Shown in pieces: positions 27,058 through 35,889 of a stretch of 64,000 nucleotides of DNA. Under the pieces are notes generated by a model that made no database searches, was not told the DNA's origin, and saw only the letters and a list, made by a program, of their open reading frames with translations. Made by a program: the position numbers and the translations under genes. Every line of letters starts with the position of its first letter. Position 1 is the stretch's first letter. This stretch comes from Chloroflexota bacterium (GTDB lineage: Bacteria > Chloroflexota > UBA11872 > UBA12225). Location: contig DAOTTI010000137.1 in assembly GCA_034437795.1 (NCBI GenBank), positions 496 through 64,495 on the forward strand, read 5' to 3'.

Positions 27058-29394
27058 GTGAGCAGCAAGTTGGCAGGCACAGGCCGGCGCCGCATCGGCG
27101 GCTACGAACTCCTGGAGCAGATCGGCCACGGGGGCAGCGCGGTGGTCTATCGTGCCGCCGACGCCGCCGGGCGTGACGTGGCCATCAAGGTCATCGCCGG
27201 CGGCTACGCCGCCGACGAGACCTTTCGCGCCCGCTTCCGCCAGGAGGCGGAGCTGGCCGCCCAGCTGCGGCACCCACACATCCTGGCCGTCATCGAGAGC
27301 GGCGAGGCGGTGCCGGAGGGGGCCGGCCCCTTCGCCTCGCCGGAGACGGTGGCCTACCTGGTGATGGAGTACATGGCCGGGGGGAACCTGACCGGCCTCC
27401 TGGCCGCACCGCGGGACGCAAGGCAGCGCTGTCTCCTGGCCCTGGCCGTCGCCCAGCAGATCGGGGCGGCCCTGGACTGGGCGCACGGGGCAGGGGTGCT
27501 GCACCGCGACGTCAAACCATCCAACGTGCTGGTCGCGTCCGACGGGCGCTTCGTGCTCGGGGACTTTGGCTTGGCACGGGTGCTACAGGCCGGCATCAGC
27601 CTGCATCTCACGGCGACGGGACTGGTGGCCGGCACGCCCGCCTATATGGCTCCAGAGCAGGCCATGGGGCGTCCCGCCGATCCGCGCACCGACATCTACG
27701 CGCTGGGCGTCGTGCTGTACGAGATCCTGACCGGGCGCGTGCCCTTTGACGCCGAAACGCCGATGGCGGTGATGCTGGCACACGTGCACCAGCCGCCGCC
27801 GCCGCCCTGCCAGATCGCGCCTGATCTGCCGGAACCGTTGCAGGACGTGATCCTGCGCGCCCTGGCCAAGGCGCCGGACGACCGCTTCGCCAGTGCGGGG
27901 GAGCTGGCGACGGCGCTTCGGGCCGCGGTGGTGCAGGCGTTTGGCGAGGCCGCCATCGACACGGGGACGTTTCCCGCCCTACCCACGTGCACGCGTCCCC
28001 AACACCTGGTGCTGCGAGCGCCGGCGGGAACGCCTCTCCGCCGCACCTCGTCCGCAGGAAACGCGCCGTCCCCAGCGTCTTCACCGTCCGCGCCGCCCAC
28101 GCCGGTCACGACCGCTAGGGGATCAGGCCGGCGCGCGGTGAGCCTGCTCGACCGCCTGGTGGCCCTGGCGCTGGCGCTGCTGGCGGCGGTCAGTCTTGCC
28201 GCCGGCGGGGGGCTGGTCGTGGCGCTGGGCCCCGGCCGGCCGGTGCTGGCCGGCCTGCTGGCGGGCTGGCTGGCCGACCGCGTGCCGCCCGGCGTCTCGG
28301 AGGCGTGGCCGCGGGACAACGCGCGCAAGGTGGACCTGAAGCCGACCATCATGGTGCGCTTCACGAAGGCCATGGACCAGGGCTCCGTGCAGGAGGCGTT
28401 CCGTCTGGAGAACGTGGCCACGCAGGAGACGGTACCGGTGGAGTTCAACTGGGAGGGGCTGCTGCTGGTGGTGGTGCCGCTCCAGGAGCTGGAGCCGAGC
28501 ACCGTCTACCAGTGGAGCATCGGCGAGAGTGCCCAGGACGTTGATGGCCGGCCACTAGGGGAAGCGCTCCGCCGGCGCCTGACCACGGTGCCCCTGGCGC
28601 AGGCGCCGGCGTCCCAGGGAGTGGCCGTGGCTGCGCCGCCGGTGGAACGGGCGTCGGCCGACGCCGGTGCGCCCCCGCCGGCCGCTGAGCGTCCCCAGCC
28701 GGTCGCGACCGCCGCGCGTCCTGCCGAACCCCGTCCGCCGCCACCGACTGCTACTCCCGCGCTGCCGCCCACGCGTTATCCCCCGCCGACGGCGCCGGCG
28801 CTGGCGCCGGACCAGGCGCTGGTGGCTGGACTGGTCGTGAATCCCGACGGAAGCTCGGCCGTGCTGGGGAACGAGGATGCCGGCGGAAGCCCGCTCACGC
28901 CATCCCCCGACGCGTTGAGCTGCCTGTGCACGCCAACCGCACGGAGCGAGGATGCCGGCGGGGGCCCGCCCACGCCATCGCCGTCGTCGCCGCCGGCGGC
29001 GACACCGGCCCCGCCGGCCCCGGCCACGCCCGTGCCGGCGCCGGCCACCACCCGCGTTGCCGGCGCCACGGAGACGGCGGAGGCGCGGCGGACCAGCGCG
29101 GCCGGCACGCCATCCTGGACCGCGTCGCCGGCGCCAACTGCCAGCCCCAGCGCTACCGCTATGCCAAGCGTGACTGTGTCCCCGGCGCGGCCAGCCACGG
29201 CGACGGTGGTCCCGCCGGCGGCGACAGCAACCGCAGCCATGCAGGGCACGGCCACCGCGGCCAGCAGCACGCCGTCTCCTGGCGCCTCCCCGCCGGCCGG
29301 CGCTTCCCCTACGGCGCCAGCGCAGTCAACGGCCCCGCCGCGGCCAAGCGCGACGTCCACCGCAGCCAGCCAGACCTCGCCTGGTCAGATCTGA
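27058..29394 (+). CDS. Ser/Thr protein kinase with one TM segment, an extracellular Ig-like (SbsA/Big_5-like) domain and a Pro/Ala/Thr-rich tail
   Basis: IGHGGSAVVYRA..VAIKV..HRDVKPSNVL..DFGLAR..GTPAYMAPE. The TM segment is LVALALALLAAVSLAAGGGLVVAL. Next comes DLKPTIMVRFTKAMDQGSV..STVYQWSI, then a low-complexity tail. The start is uncertain (GTG 27058 or TTG 26941). Confidence 0.85.
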   Translation: MSSKLAGTGRRRIGGYELLEQIGHGGSAVVYRAADAAGRDVAIKVIAGGYAADETFRARFRQEAELAAQLRHPHILAVIESGEAVPEGAGPFASPETVAYLVMEYMAGGNLTGLLAAPRDARQRCLLALAVAQQIGAALDWAHGAGVLHRDVKPSNVLVASDGRFVLGDFGLARVLQAGISLHLTATGLVAGTPAYMAPEQAMGRPADPRTDIYALGVVLYEILTGRVPFDAETPMAVMLAHVHQPPPPPCQIAPDLPEPLQDVILRALAKAPDDRFASAGELATALRAAVVQAFGEAAIDTGTFPALPTCTRPQHLVLRAPAGTPLRRTSSAGNAPSPASSPSAPPTPVTTARGSGRRAVSLLDRLVALALALLAAVSLAAGGGLVVALGPGRPVLAGLLAGWLADRVPPGVSEAWPRDNARKVDLKPTIMVRFTKAMDQGSVQEAFRLENVATQETVPVEFNWEGLLLVVVPLQELEPSTVYQWSIGESAQDVDGRPLGEALRRRLTTVPLAQAPASQGVAVAAPPVERASADAGAPPPAAERPQPVATAARPAEPRPPPPTATPALPPTRYPPPTAPALAPDQALVAGLVVNPDGSSAVLGNEDAGGSPLTPSPDALSCLCTPTARSEDAGGGPPTPSPSSPPAATPAPPAPATPVPAPATTRVAGATETAEARRTSAAGTPSWTASPAPTASPSATAMPSVTVSPARPATATVVPPAATATAAMQGTATAASSTPSPGASPPAGASPTAPAQSTAPPRPSATSTAASQTSPGQI

Positions 29395-29491
29395 CCAGGC
29401 GCAGCGCCTGCTTCTGCGGCCCAATGGGCGCAATGGGCGCGACCAGAGACGTTGTGGAAGGGTACCGCGCTCCCGAGCGGGCGCATGTGGC

Positions 29492-29965
29492 TCAGGCCGC
29501 CAGGCCCAGCTCCGCCTTCAGCGCCCTGACCTCTTCCGGCGTCGGCACCGGCCGGCCCTCCTCGATGTCGATCAGGTGTACCCACAACGTAATATCCGGC
29601 CGGCCGGGGGCGCGGCGCTGCAGCGCTTCCACCGCATCCCGGTAGGCTGGGCGAGACAGGTCCGGCTCATACTTCAGGAAGTCCCGGTTCCACGTCTCGA
29701 TCTCGTCACGGCTCCGGCCGGCGACCCGCTGGCGGACGAAGGCCTCCACGTCGTCGTCGCCACGGGCGCGGCGCACCACATCGGCGAACTCTTCGGCGTT
29801 GGTGCCCAGAAAGGCGAACAGCTTCTGGTCCAGCGGGCAGTTGTAGATGTAGGCGCCCAGCGTGCCGGCCAGGTAGGCGCGGCACTTGTCCGTAGTGCGA
29901 GGCGCCATCATCACCCCGGCAAAGGTCTCTCGCGCACTGCGCGGCGGCTGCTTGGTCAGATCCAT
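29492..29965 (-). CDS. DUF5069-like protein
   Basis: PRSARETFAGVMMAPRTTDKCRAYLAGTLGAYIYNCPLDQKLFAFLG resembles the DUF5069 N-terminal signature as I recall it. GGAGGACC lies before the ATG. Confidence 0.55.
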   Translation of the reverse strand: MDLTKQPPRSARETFAGVMMAPRTTDKCRAYLAGTLGAYIYNCPLDQKLFAFLGTNAEEFADVVRRARGDDDVEAFVRQRVAGRSRDEIETWNRDFLKYEPDLSRPAYRDAVEALQRRAPGRPDITLWVHLIDIEEGRPVPTPEEVRALKAELGLAA

Positions 29966-30192
29966 AGGTCCTCCGCTTGCTCGTCCCGGTCTCCGGGCTG
30001 GATACCTGGCGCTGTCTCAGATGGCCTGTTCGGGGATGCGGGCCCACGTACCCAGGGCAGGCGGCGCCAAACCGCTGGCCTGAAGGTGCGCTAGTGGGTC
30101 GTTTATCATGCCGATTGCCACTCCACCAGGGAAGCCAGTGGCCACAGCCAAGGCAAGTAGCCAACTAGGCGCCGGCGGCCGGGCCAGGCGCC

Positions 30193-31662
30193 TCAGGCGG
30201 GGCGCCTGGCCAGCTTGGGCCCTTCCGGCGTATCCCGCACCTCCCAGCCGAGGCCGGCAATCTGGGCCCGCAGGGCGTCAGCGGTGGCAAAGTCGCGCGC
30301 CTGGCGCGCGGCCTGCCGGCGCTCCAGGAGCTCCAGCACCTCGGCCGGTGGCGTCTCCGCCTGCGCCTCGGCCGGCCGTACCGTCTCCAGACCCAGCGGC
30401 AGGATCTCGTTCATCGCCAGCAGCGTGGCGCGCTTGACCGGCGGCGCCAGCGTGGCGTCCTTGGCTACCTCCCACACCGTGGCCACGGCTTTCGGCGCGT
30501 TGAGGTCGTCACGCAGCGCGTCGTGGAACCGGAACAGCGCCTCGGCGTCGGGCGCGGCGTCGCTGGCCGGTGGCAGCGCGGCCATGATGCTGTGCAGGTG
30601 CTCCAGGGCGCGCTTGTGCGCTTCCAGGGCCTCCTCGGTGAAGTGCAGCTTCTTCCGGTACAGGGCGGAGTAGGTGAAGTACCGGTAGACCATCGGAGAG
30701 ATGCCCTGGTCGATCAGGTCCTGCAGCGTGACGAAGTTGCCCGCGGACTTGCTCATCTTGGCCTCACCGCGGAGCACCAGGAACTCGCCGTGGAGCCACC
30801 AGTTGGCCAGTAGCTGGCCGGTAGCGGCCCACGTCTGGGCGATCTCGTTGGTGTGGTGCACGGGGATGTGGTCCACGCCACCGGTATGGATGTCGAAGGG
30901 CACGCCGAGGTAGTGGGCGGACATGGCTGAGCACTCGATGTGCCAGCCTGGGAAGCCCCGCCCCCACGGGCTGTCCCACTCCATCTGCCTGCGCTGGCCG
31001 GGTGGGGTGAACTTCCAGAGAGCGAAGTCCTGGGGGTGGCGCTTCTGCCCGTGCGGGCCGATACGGGCCCCGGCCTGCTGGCCGGAGAGGTCGAGCCTGG
31101 CCAGCCGGCCATAGTCGGGATACAGGGAGGTGTCAAAGTAGATCCCGTCGCTGGTGCGGTAGGTAAACCCCTTGCGCTCGATCTCCTGGATCATCTTGAT
31201 CATGAGATCGATATGCTCGGTCGCCTTGCACCACACCGTCGGCTCTTTGATCTGGAGGCGGGCCAGGTCCCGCTTGAAGGCCTCGGTGTAGAAGTCGGCA
31301 ATCTCCCAGGCGCTGCGTCCCTGCTCACGGGCGCCTTTTTCGATCTTGTCCTCGCCCTCGTCGGCGTCCGAGGTCAGGTGGCCCACGTCGGTGATGTTTT
31401 CGACGTGCTTGACCTCATAGCCTTCCGCCTCCAGGGTGCGGCGCAGGAGGTCGGCGAAGATGTAGGTACGCAGATTGCCGACGTGCGCATAGGTGTAGAC
31501 GGTGGGCCCGCAGGTGTACATGCCTACCTTGCCGGCAACAAGCGGCTCGAAGACCTGTACACGGCGGGTCATGGTGTTGTAGAACCGCAGGGGCGTCCTA
31601 TCCGGTGGGACGGCGCTCGCCCGGCTCGCCGGTGCGGCCCTATCGAGGGTGGGCGCAGACAT
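30193..31662 (-). CDS. cysS: Cysteine--tRNA ligase
   Basis: MYTCGPTVYTYAHVGNLRTY (HIGH region), GWHIECSAM, and KMSKSAGN (KMSKS). Confidence 0.9.
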   Translation of the reverse strand: MSAPTLDRAAPASRASAVPPDRTPLRFYNTMTRRVQVFEPLVAGKVGMYTCGPTVYTYAHVGNLRTYIFADLLRRTLEAEGYEVKHVENITDVGHLTSDADEGEDKIEKGAREQGRSAWEIADFYTEAFKRDLARLQIKEPTVWCKATEHIDLMIKMIQEIERKGFTYRTSDGIYFDTSLYPDYGRLARLDLSGQQAGARIGPHGQKRHPQDFALWKFTPPGQRRQMEWDSPWGRGFPGWHIECSAMSAHYLGVPFDIHTGGVDHIPVHHTNEIAQTWAATGQLLANWWLHGEFLVLRGEAKMSKSAGNFVTLQDLIDQGISPMVYRYFTYSALYRKKLHFTEEALEAHKRALEHLHSIMAALPPASDAAPDAEALFRFHDALRDDLNAPKAVATVWEVAKDATLAPPVKRATLLAMNEILPLGLETVRPAEAQAETPPAEVLELLERRQAARQARDFATADALRAQIAGLGWEVRDTPEGPKLARRPA

Positions 31663-31876
31663 ACACCTAATTCTAGGGCCTAACGGGAGGGACCTCACCC
31701 CCTTCGGTCAGGGCCTTTGCCTGCCGCCAGGTGGGCCCTTACGCCGTCCCCGGCATCCGTGGGCACACGCAACACGTACGGATCCGCTGGGCGTCCATTA
31801 GCGACGCCTCCGGCCCTGGCTTAAGGCCGCCAAACCCAGCGCCTTCCCTCTCGACTAACTGGGGGGGCAGGGAGGT

Positions 31877-32536
31877 ATGCTCTGGCAGCGGCCGTGGCGA
31901 TGCGGCCGTCCCCCGATCGTGATGCAACTGCTCCAGCACCTCGTGCGCCGTTTCTGGGCCTGGTACCACCGCCACTACCTGCTCACGCTGGTGGTGACCA
32001 CCGGCCTGTTCGGCCTGCAGGTCTTCCACCTGTACTGGCTTTTCACCGACGTCGTGCTGCAACGGATGACGGGGCGCAGCTTCTTCGTCTTTCCGCCGGC
32101 GGGGATGTTCATCTACGTGCTGGTGGATTACCTGGAGATCCCCGCCCTGCTGTCCACGACGCTGCTTTACCTGTACCAGCTGCGGCGGGGCCTGGACCCG
32201 CGTGCCTTGGTCTACCTCTTCCTGCTAAACACGCAGTGGATCCACCTGCTGTGGATCACCGATGAGGTGGTGGTGGATACCCTGACCAGCCGCACGCTCC
32301 TGCCCTGGAACGCCCTGGTAGCCTGGGTCGCCATCCTGATCGACTACCTGGAGGTGCCGGTGATCATCGATACGCTGTACCGCGTCTACACCGAGCGCCA
32401 CGCGATCTGGGCGGAGATCCGCGCCCACCTGCTCCGCGGCGTCGCCCGCAGGCCGGGCGCGGCGGCCGCCCGGGAGCCTGTTACTATGACAGCGGGGGAG
32501 CGGGGCCGGAGCGCGTCTGGCTCGCGGGTCGCCTGA
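31877..32536 (+). CDS. Hypothetical membrane protein with an internal two-fold repeat
   Basis: The halves HLYWLFTDVVLQRMTGRS..VDYLEIPALL and HLLWITDEVVVDTLTSRT..IDYLEVPVII align. There are 4-5 hydrophobic segments. The alternative start is ATG 31922. Confidence 0.6.
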   Translation: MLWQRPWRCGRPPIVMQLLQHLVRRFWAWYHRHYLLTLVVTTGLFGLQVFHLYWLFTDVVLQRMTGRSFFVFPPAGMFIYVLVDYLEIPALLSTTLLYLYQLRRGLDPRALVYLFLLNTQWIHLLWITDEVVVDTLTSRTLLPWNALVAWVAILIDYLEVPVIIDTLYRVYTERHAIWAEIRAHLLRGVARRPGAAAAREPVTMTAGERGRSASGSRVA

Positions 32537-32593
32537 GGCGCGGGGGAGCACAGTGGCCGGCCAGGGCAGGGGACCGCGGCGGAGCGGGGGGAC

Positions 32594-33331
32594 GTGACCG
32601 GCCGGCCAGAGCAGGGGGCGTTGGCGAAGGAGATGACTACTCAGCCAAGCGGGACGAAGATCACCAATGCGACCGAGCACTACCTGCAGGCCATCTACGC
32701 GCTTACGGCCGAGCGGAAGGTGCTGATCGGGGCGCGCCTGGCGGAGCACCTGCGTGTCTCACCGCCATCGGTAACGCAGACCCTGCAGCGCCTGGAACGT
32801 GAGGGCTACGTGCGGCTGATCCAGCTAGGGGATCGGAAGGAGATCGTCCTCACGGATGCGGGGCGCGCCATCGGCGAGGCGGCGACCCGCAAGCACCGGC
32901 TGATTGAGCGCTGGCTGCAGAAGGAGCTCAAGCTTTCTTCGACCGAGGCGCATGAGGCGGCCGAGCGCCTGGAGCCCGGGTTCACGCCGGTCTTGCTGGA
33001 CCGCCTCTTCGAGGCGCTGGGCCGGCCGGAGACCTGCCCGCACGGCAACCCGATCCCCGGGGCGGGGCAGATGGACCATGAGGGCCTGTATCTGGATGAG
33101 GTCCGTGCCGGCGACGAGGTGATCGTGGGGCGGATCACCGAAGAGGCGGAGGCCGACCTGGATCTGCTGGCCTATCTGGAGCGCCACGGCGTCTTTCCGA
33201 ATACCAGGCTGCGGATCGTGGCCGTGGACAGCAAGTCGGGAGCGGTTACGGCGCAGACCGAGCGGGGAGAGGAGATCCGCCTCGAGGGGCGCTCGGCCGC
33301 GCTCATCTACGTGCGCCGCGCGCAAGGATAG
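32594..33331 (+). CDS. DtxR/MntR family metal-dependent transcriptional regulator with C-terminal FeoA/SH3-like domain
   Basis: ATEHYLQAIYALTAERKVLIGARLAEHLRVSPPSVTQTLQRLEREGYV..THEAAERLEP..CPHGNPIPG. The alternative start is ATG 32633. Confidence 0.85.
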   Translation: MTGRPEQGALAKEMTTQPSGTKITNATEHYLQAIYALTAERKVLIGARLAEHLRVSPPSVTQTLQRLEREGYVRLIQLGDRKEIVLTDAGRAIGEAATRKHRLIERWLQKELKLSSTEAHEAAERLEPGFTPVLLDRLFEALGRPETCPHGNPIPGAGQMDHEGLYLDEVRAGDEVIVGRITEEAEADLDLLAYLERHGVFPNTRLRIVAVDSKSGAVTAQTERGEEIRLEGRSAALIYVRRAQG

Positions 33332-33599
33332 AGGCCGGCCCTGGCTTCAGCGGCTGGCCGCGTTGCCCCACCGGCGGGGGAACGCCCGGCTGAGCCACAG
33401 GCAGAGTACCTCGAAGCCGAGCAGCACTCGTGGCGTGGAGAGACACCACCGCGGCGCCGGACGCGCCGAGACCTGCAGCTGGCCAATTCCTTCGAAGGCG
33501 TGGATGCTCATTCTCATGCGCGCAACCTGATGGCGTTCCGCCTCACCGGCCTGGCCTTTAGGTGACTTACACCTCTATATTAAGCCGCCTTAACCCAAG

Positions 33600-34050
33600 G
33601 CGTCAACCTCATCTGCGCGGCGGGGACGAACCTCACCCCCTGGCCCCCTGCGCCAACGTGGGGAGAGCCCTCACCCCCGGCCCCCTCCCGCACGCGGCAG
33701 AGGGGAGCAGCCCTCACCCCCTTCGGTCGTGGCCGCGCCGCACCCCTGCCCCTACCCTGCCCCCACCGTGCGGCTTGGCCCCGCCGCCCCGCTCCGACAC
33801 GAAGCGGGGAACAACGGCCGCGGAGAGTGGCTTCTTACACACAGCGGCCCCGCTGCCCCCCTCCCATACGGCGAGGGGGAACGCGGGCCACGGGGAGAGG
33901 ACTTGACTCGCGGCGCGCCTGTCGCTTCCGCTCTGACGCACGGACGCGCGGACGTGGCGAATGGAGACACGGGCATGCGGGGAAGCGGACACGGAGATGC
34001 GGGGACGTAGGGTCGCAGGGAGAGGGAACGACGGACAGGCCCTGCGGACG
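33600..34050. repeat. Largest family-B mosaic array (at least 6 modules) in a ~1-kb gene-free gap
   Basis: CCTCACCCCCTGGCCCCCTGCGCCAACGTGGGGAGAGCCCTCACCCCCGGCCCCCTCCCGCACGCGGCAGAGGGGAGCAGCCCTCACCCCCTTCGGTCGTGGCCGCGCC ... GACGCGCGGACGTGGCGAATGGAGACACGGGCATGCGGGGAAGCGGACACGGAGATGCGGGGACG. Confidence 0.8.
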
Positions 34051-34280
34051 GCGCTGCAGGCGAAGCGGGCTGCGCGGGAGAGCCCGCTTGAGCGGGCTTG
34101 GCCGGATGTAGCCGGGCCACTTCAGGGGTGGGCGCTGGCCCGCGCGTGACCTCACTCCCAACGGGAGCGGTGCTGCCGCGCTCGGTCCCGCTCGCTCCGC
34201 GCCGGGCGTCGTGGCGCCCTGGCCGGTGCTGCCCGTCTCCCAGGGGGAGGGTCTCGGAACTGCCTGATCGGCGCGGCGGC

Positions 34281-34320
34281 TTGCGCTCCGGCCATCGATA
34301 CGCTATTCTGCGGATCAGCG
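34281..34320 (+). promoter_or_regulatory. Candidate promoter TTGCGC-N17-TATTCT overlapping a 23-nt dyad motif (copy 1), ending 1 nt before the XRE ATG
   Basis: TTGCGC is at 34281-34286 and TATTCT at 34304-34309. The motif ATACGCTATTCTGCGGATCAGCG spans 34298-34320 and contains ATaCGC-N6-GCGgAT. This implies a very short leader or a leaderless mRNA. Confidence 0.35.
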
Positions 34321-34321
34321 A

Positions 34322-34675
34322 ATGGTCACGTTCGGGCAGGTCATCTCCCAGGCGCGCAAGCGCGCCGGCTTGAGCCAGAAGGAGGTGGCCGCGCGCGTCA
34401 AGAAAGAGGACGGCTCGCCCATCTCGCCCCAGTACCTCAACGATCTTGAGCACGATCGGCGCCATCCGCCGTCGGAGGCGCTGCTGCGCCAGCTGGCGGT
34501 GGTGCTCGACCTGCCGTTCGATTACCTCTGCTTCGTGGCGGGGCAGCTGCCACCCGATCTCCGCGGCGCCGCCGGCAGTCCGGAGCGCGTGCAGGTCGCC
34601 TTTCGCGCCTTCCGGCGCTCGCTGCTGCAGGGGGAGAGCGCGCACTACAGCGATGCGGAGACGCGCAGCGCGTAG
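34322..34675 (+). CDS. XRE-family helix-turn-helix transcriptional regulator
   Basis: FGQVISQARKRAGLSQKEVAARV..ISPQYLNDLEHDRRHPPSEALLRQLAVVLDLPFDYL. Confidence 0.85.
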   Translation: MVTFGQVISQARKRAGLSQKEVAARVKKEDGSPISPQYLNDLEHDRRHPPSEALLRQLAVVLDLPFDYLCFVAGQLPPDLRGAAGSPERVQVAFRAFRRSLLQGESAHYSDAETRSA

Positions 34676-34710
34676 TCCCCGTTGGGGAGGCGCTGGGTTT
34701 CCGCGTAGCC

Positions 34711-35523
34711 ATGCCAGACGAGGGAGCCATGCGATGGGTGCGTGATCCGCTCGGGCGCCTGCCCCAGCGCCCGCATTACGACGCCGACGAGTTGGATCAG
34801 GAATGCGAGGCACTGGTCAGCGCCTTCCTTCGCGCCCGCTATGGCCGTGTGGCCTACCCGCTGCGCACCGACGACCTCACCGTCCTGGTCGAGCAGGAGA
34901 CGAGCGACCTGGATCTCTATGCCGATCTCTCGGCTGAAGGTGCCGAGACTGAGGGTGTGACTGAGTTCGTCGCTGGCGTCCGGCCCCGCGTGCGGATCAC
35001 GCGGGCGCTCAGCGAAGACCCGGCCAGGGAGCACCGCCTGCGTACGACGCTAGCCCACGAGCTGGGCCACGTCCGCTTCCACGCCTTCCTCTGGGCGTCG
35101 ACGGCGCCGGCCGGCATGGCGCGGCTGCCGGCCGGGCCGGCCGGCGGGGCAACGCTCCCCAATCCGCGTTGCCGGCGGCGCACCATCCTGGGCGCGACGC
35201 CCAGCGACTGGCTGGAGTGGCAGGCAGGGTACGCCTCCGGCGCCGTGCTGATGCCGGCTGGCGCGCTGGACCGGCTGGCACGGCAGGTCCTGCGCACGAG
35301 CCACCGATCGCTACCGCTCACGCCGGATACGGCGCGTGCCCAGGACCTGATCAGCGGGGTGCAGGCGGCGTTCAACGTCTCCCGCGAGGCGGCGCGAGTG
35401 CGCCTGGTCCAGCGCGGCTACGTCGCTGCGCCGGCCGGCCGGCGAGGGCCACGGGGCGCCGCCTATCCCCGCCGGCGCCATCGTTCCCCGGCGACCTGGC
35501 CTGCCGGCAGCGCCCTGCTCTAA
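34711..35523 (+). CDS. ImmA/IrrE family metallopeptidase (COG2856, DUF955)
   Basis: The HExxH motif is in TLAHELGHVRFH. The downstream EWQAGYASGAVLMP is typical of the family. It lies directly after the XRE gene. Confidence 0.8.
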   Translation: MPDEGAMRWVRDPLGRLPQRPHYDADELDQECEALVSAFLRARYGRVAYPLRTDDLTVLVEQETSDLDLYADLSAEGAETEGVTEFVAGVRPRVRITRALSEDPAREHRLRTTLAHELGHVRFHAFLWASTAPAGMARLPAGPAGGATLPNPRCRRRTILGATPSDWLEWQAGYASGAVLMPAGALDRLARQVLRTSHRSLPLTPDTARAQDLISGVQAAFNVSREAARVRLVQRGYVAAPAGRRGPRGAAYPRRRHRSPATWPAGSALL

Positions 35524-35624
35524 GTATCCGCTGGCAGGTTCGTGTCGCCCTGTCCATCGATGCCCGGCCGTCCTGTCCCGCACGAACGTACCAGCGCCTA
35601 CTTAGGTAGCGGGGCCGGGTTGAG

Positions 35625-35769
35625 TTAGGATGCGGCGCCCTTACCCTAACCCTCTCCCATAGGGAGAGGAGGCGAGTAGCGAGTGCCGAGTAGCGAGTGC
35701 CGAGCCCTAACCCTCTCCCACAGGGAGACGGAATCAACGTCTCAAAGAACGTCTCAAAGGGAGAGGCAA
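35625..35769. repeat. Two family-A hairpins flanking a CGAGTAG/CGAGTGC heptamer array, then a tandem 12-mer
   Basis: CCTAACCCTCTCCCATAGGGAGAGGAGG is followed by CGAGTAGCGAGTGCCGAGTAGCGAGTGCCGAG (35671-35704) and CCTAACCCTCTCCCACAGGGAGACGG. AACGTCTCAAAG then occurs twice (35736-35759). Confidence 0.85.
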
Positions 35770-35866
35770 CTCCGCGCGGGCCGTAGATGATACGGGCGAG
35801 AAGGGGAACGACGGGGCCGGCGCGGTGGCGCGAGATGTACCGTAGGACTGGCCGCGACGACGAAAT

Positions 35867-35889
35867 ATACGCTATTCTGCGGATTAGCG
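35867..35889 (+). promoter_or_regulatory. Second copy of the 23-nt dyad motif, 18 nt upstream of the ABC-2 permease start
   Basis: ATACGCTATTCTGCGGATTAGCG matches copy 1 at 22/23 positions. Here it extends into the perfect outer inverted repeat ATACGC..GCGTAT (35867-35892). Confidence 0.4.

Noticed and set aside
29966-30192. A possible riboswitch or T-box in the 227-nt leader of the DUF5069 gene, and in the cysS 5' region (31663-31876).
   Set aside because: There is no T-box sequence, specifier-loop architecture or known riboswitch core that I can recognise. Some local hairpins are present, but nothing is diagnostic.
33347-33517. The 56-codon minus-strand ORF (MRMSIHAFEGIGQLQVSARPAPRWCLSTPRVLLGFEVLCLWLSRAFPRRWGNAASR) in the gene desert.
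   Set aside because: It has no RBS and no homologous motif, and it is short. I kept it only as a remark inside the gene-desert finding.
33752-34813. The 353-aa minus-strand ORF spanning the gene desert and the XRE gene.
   Set aside because: It is largely a translation of family-B repeats and of the antisense strand of the clearly recognisable XRE HTH gene.
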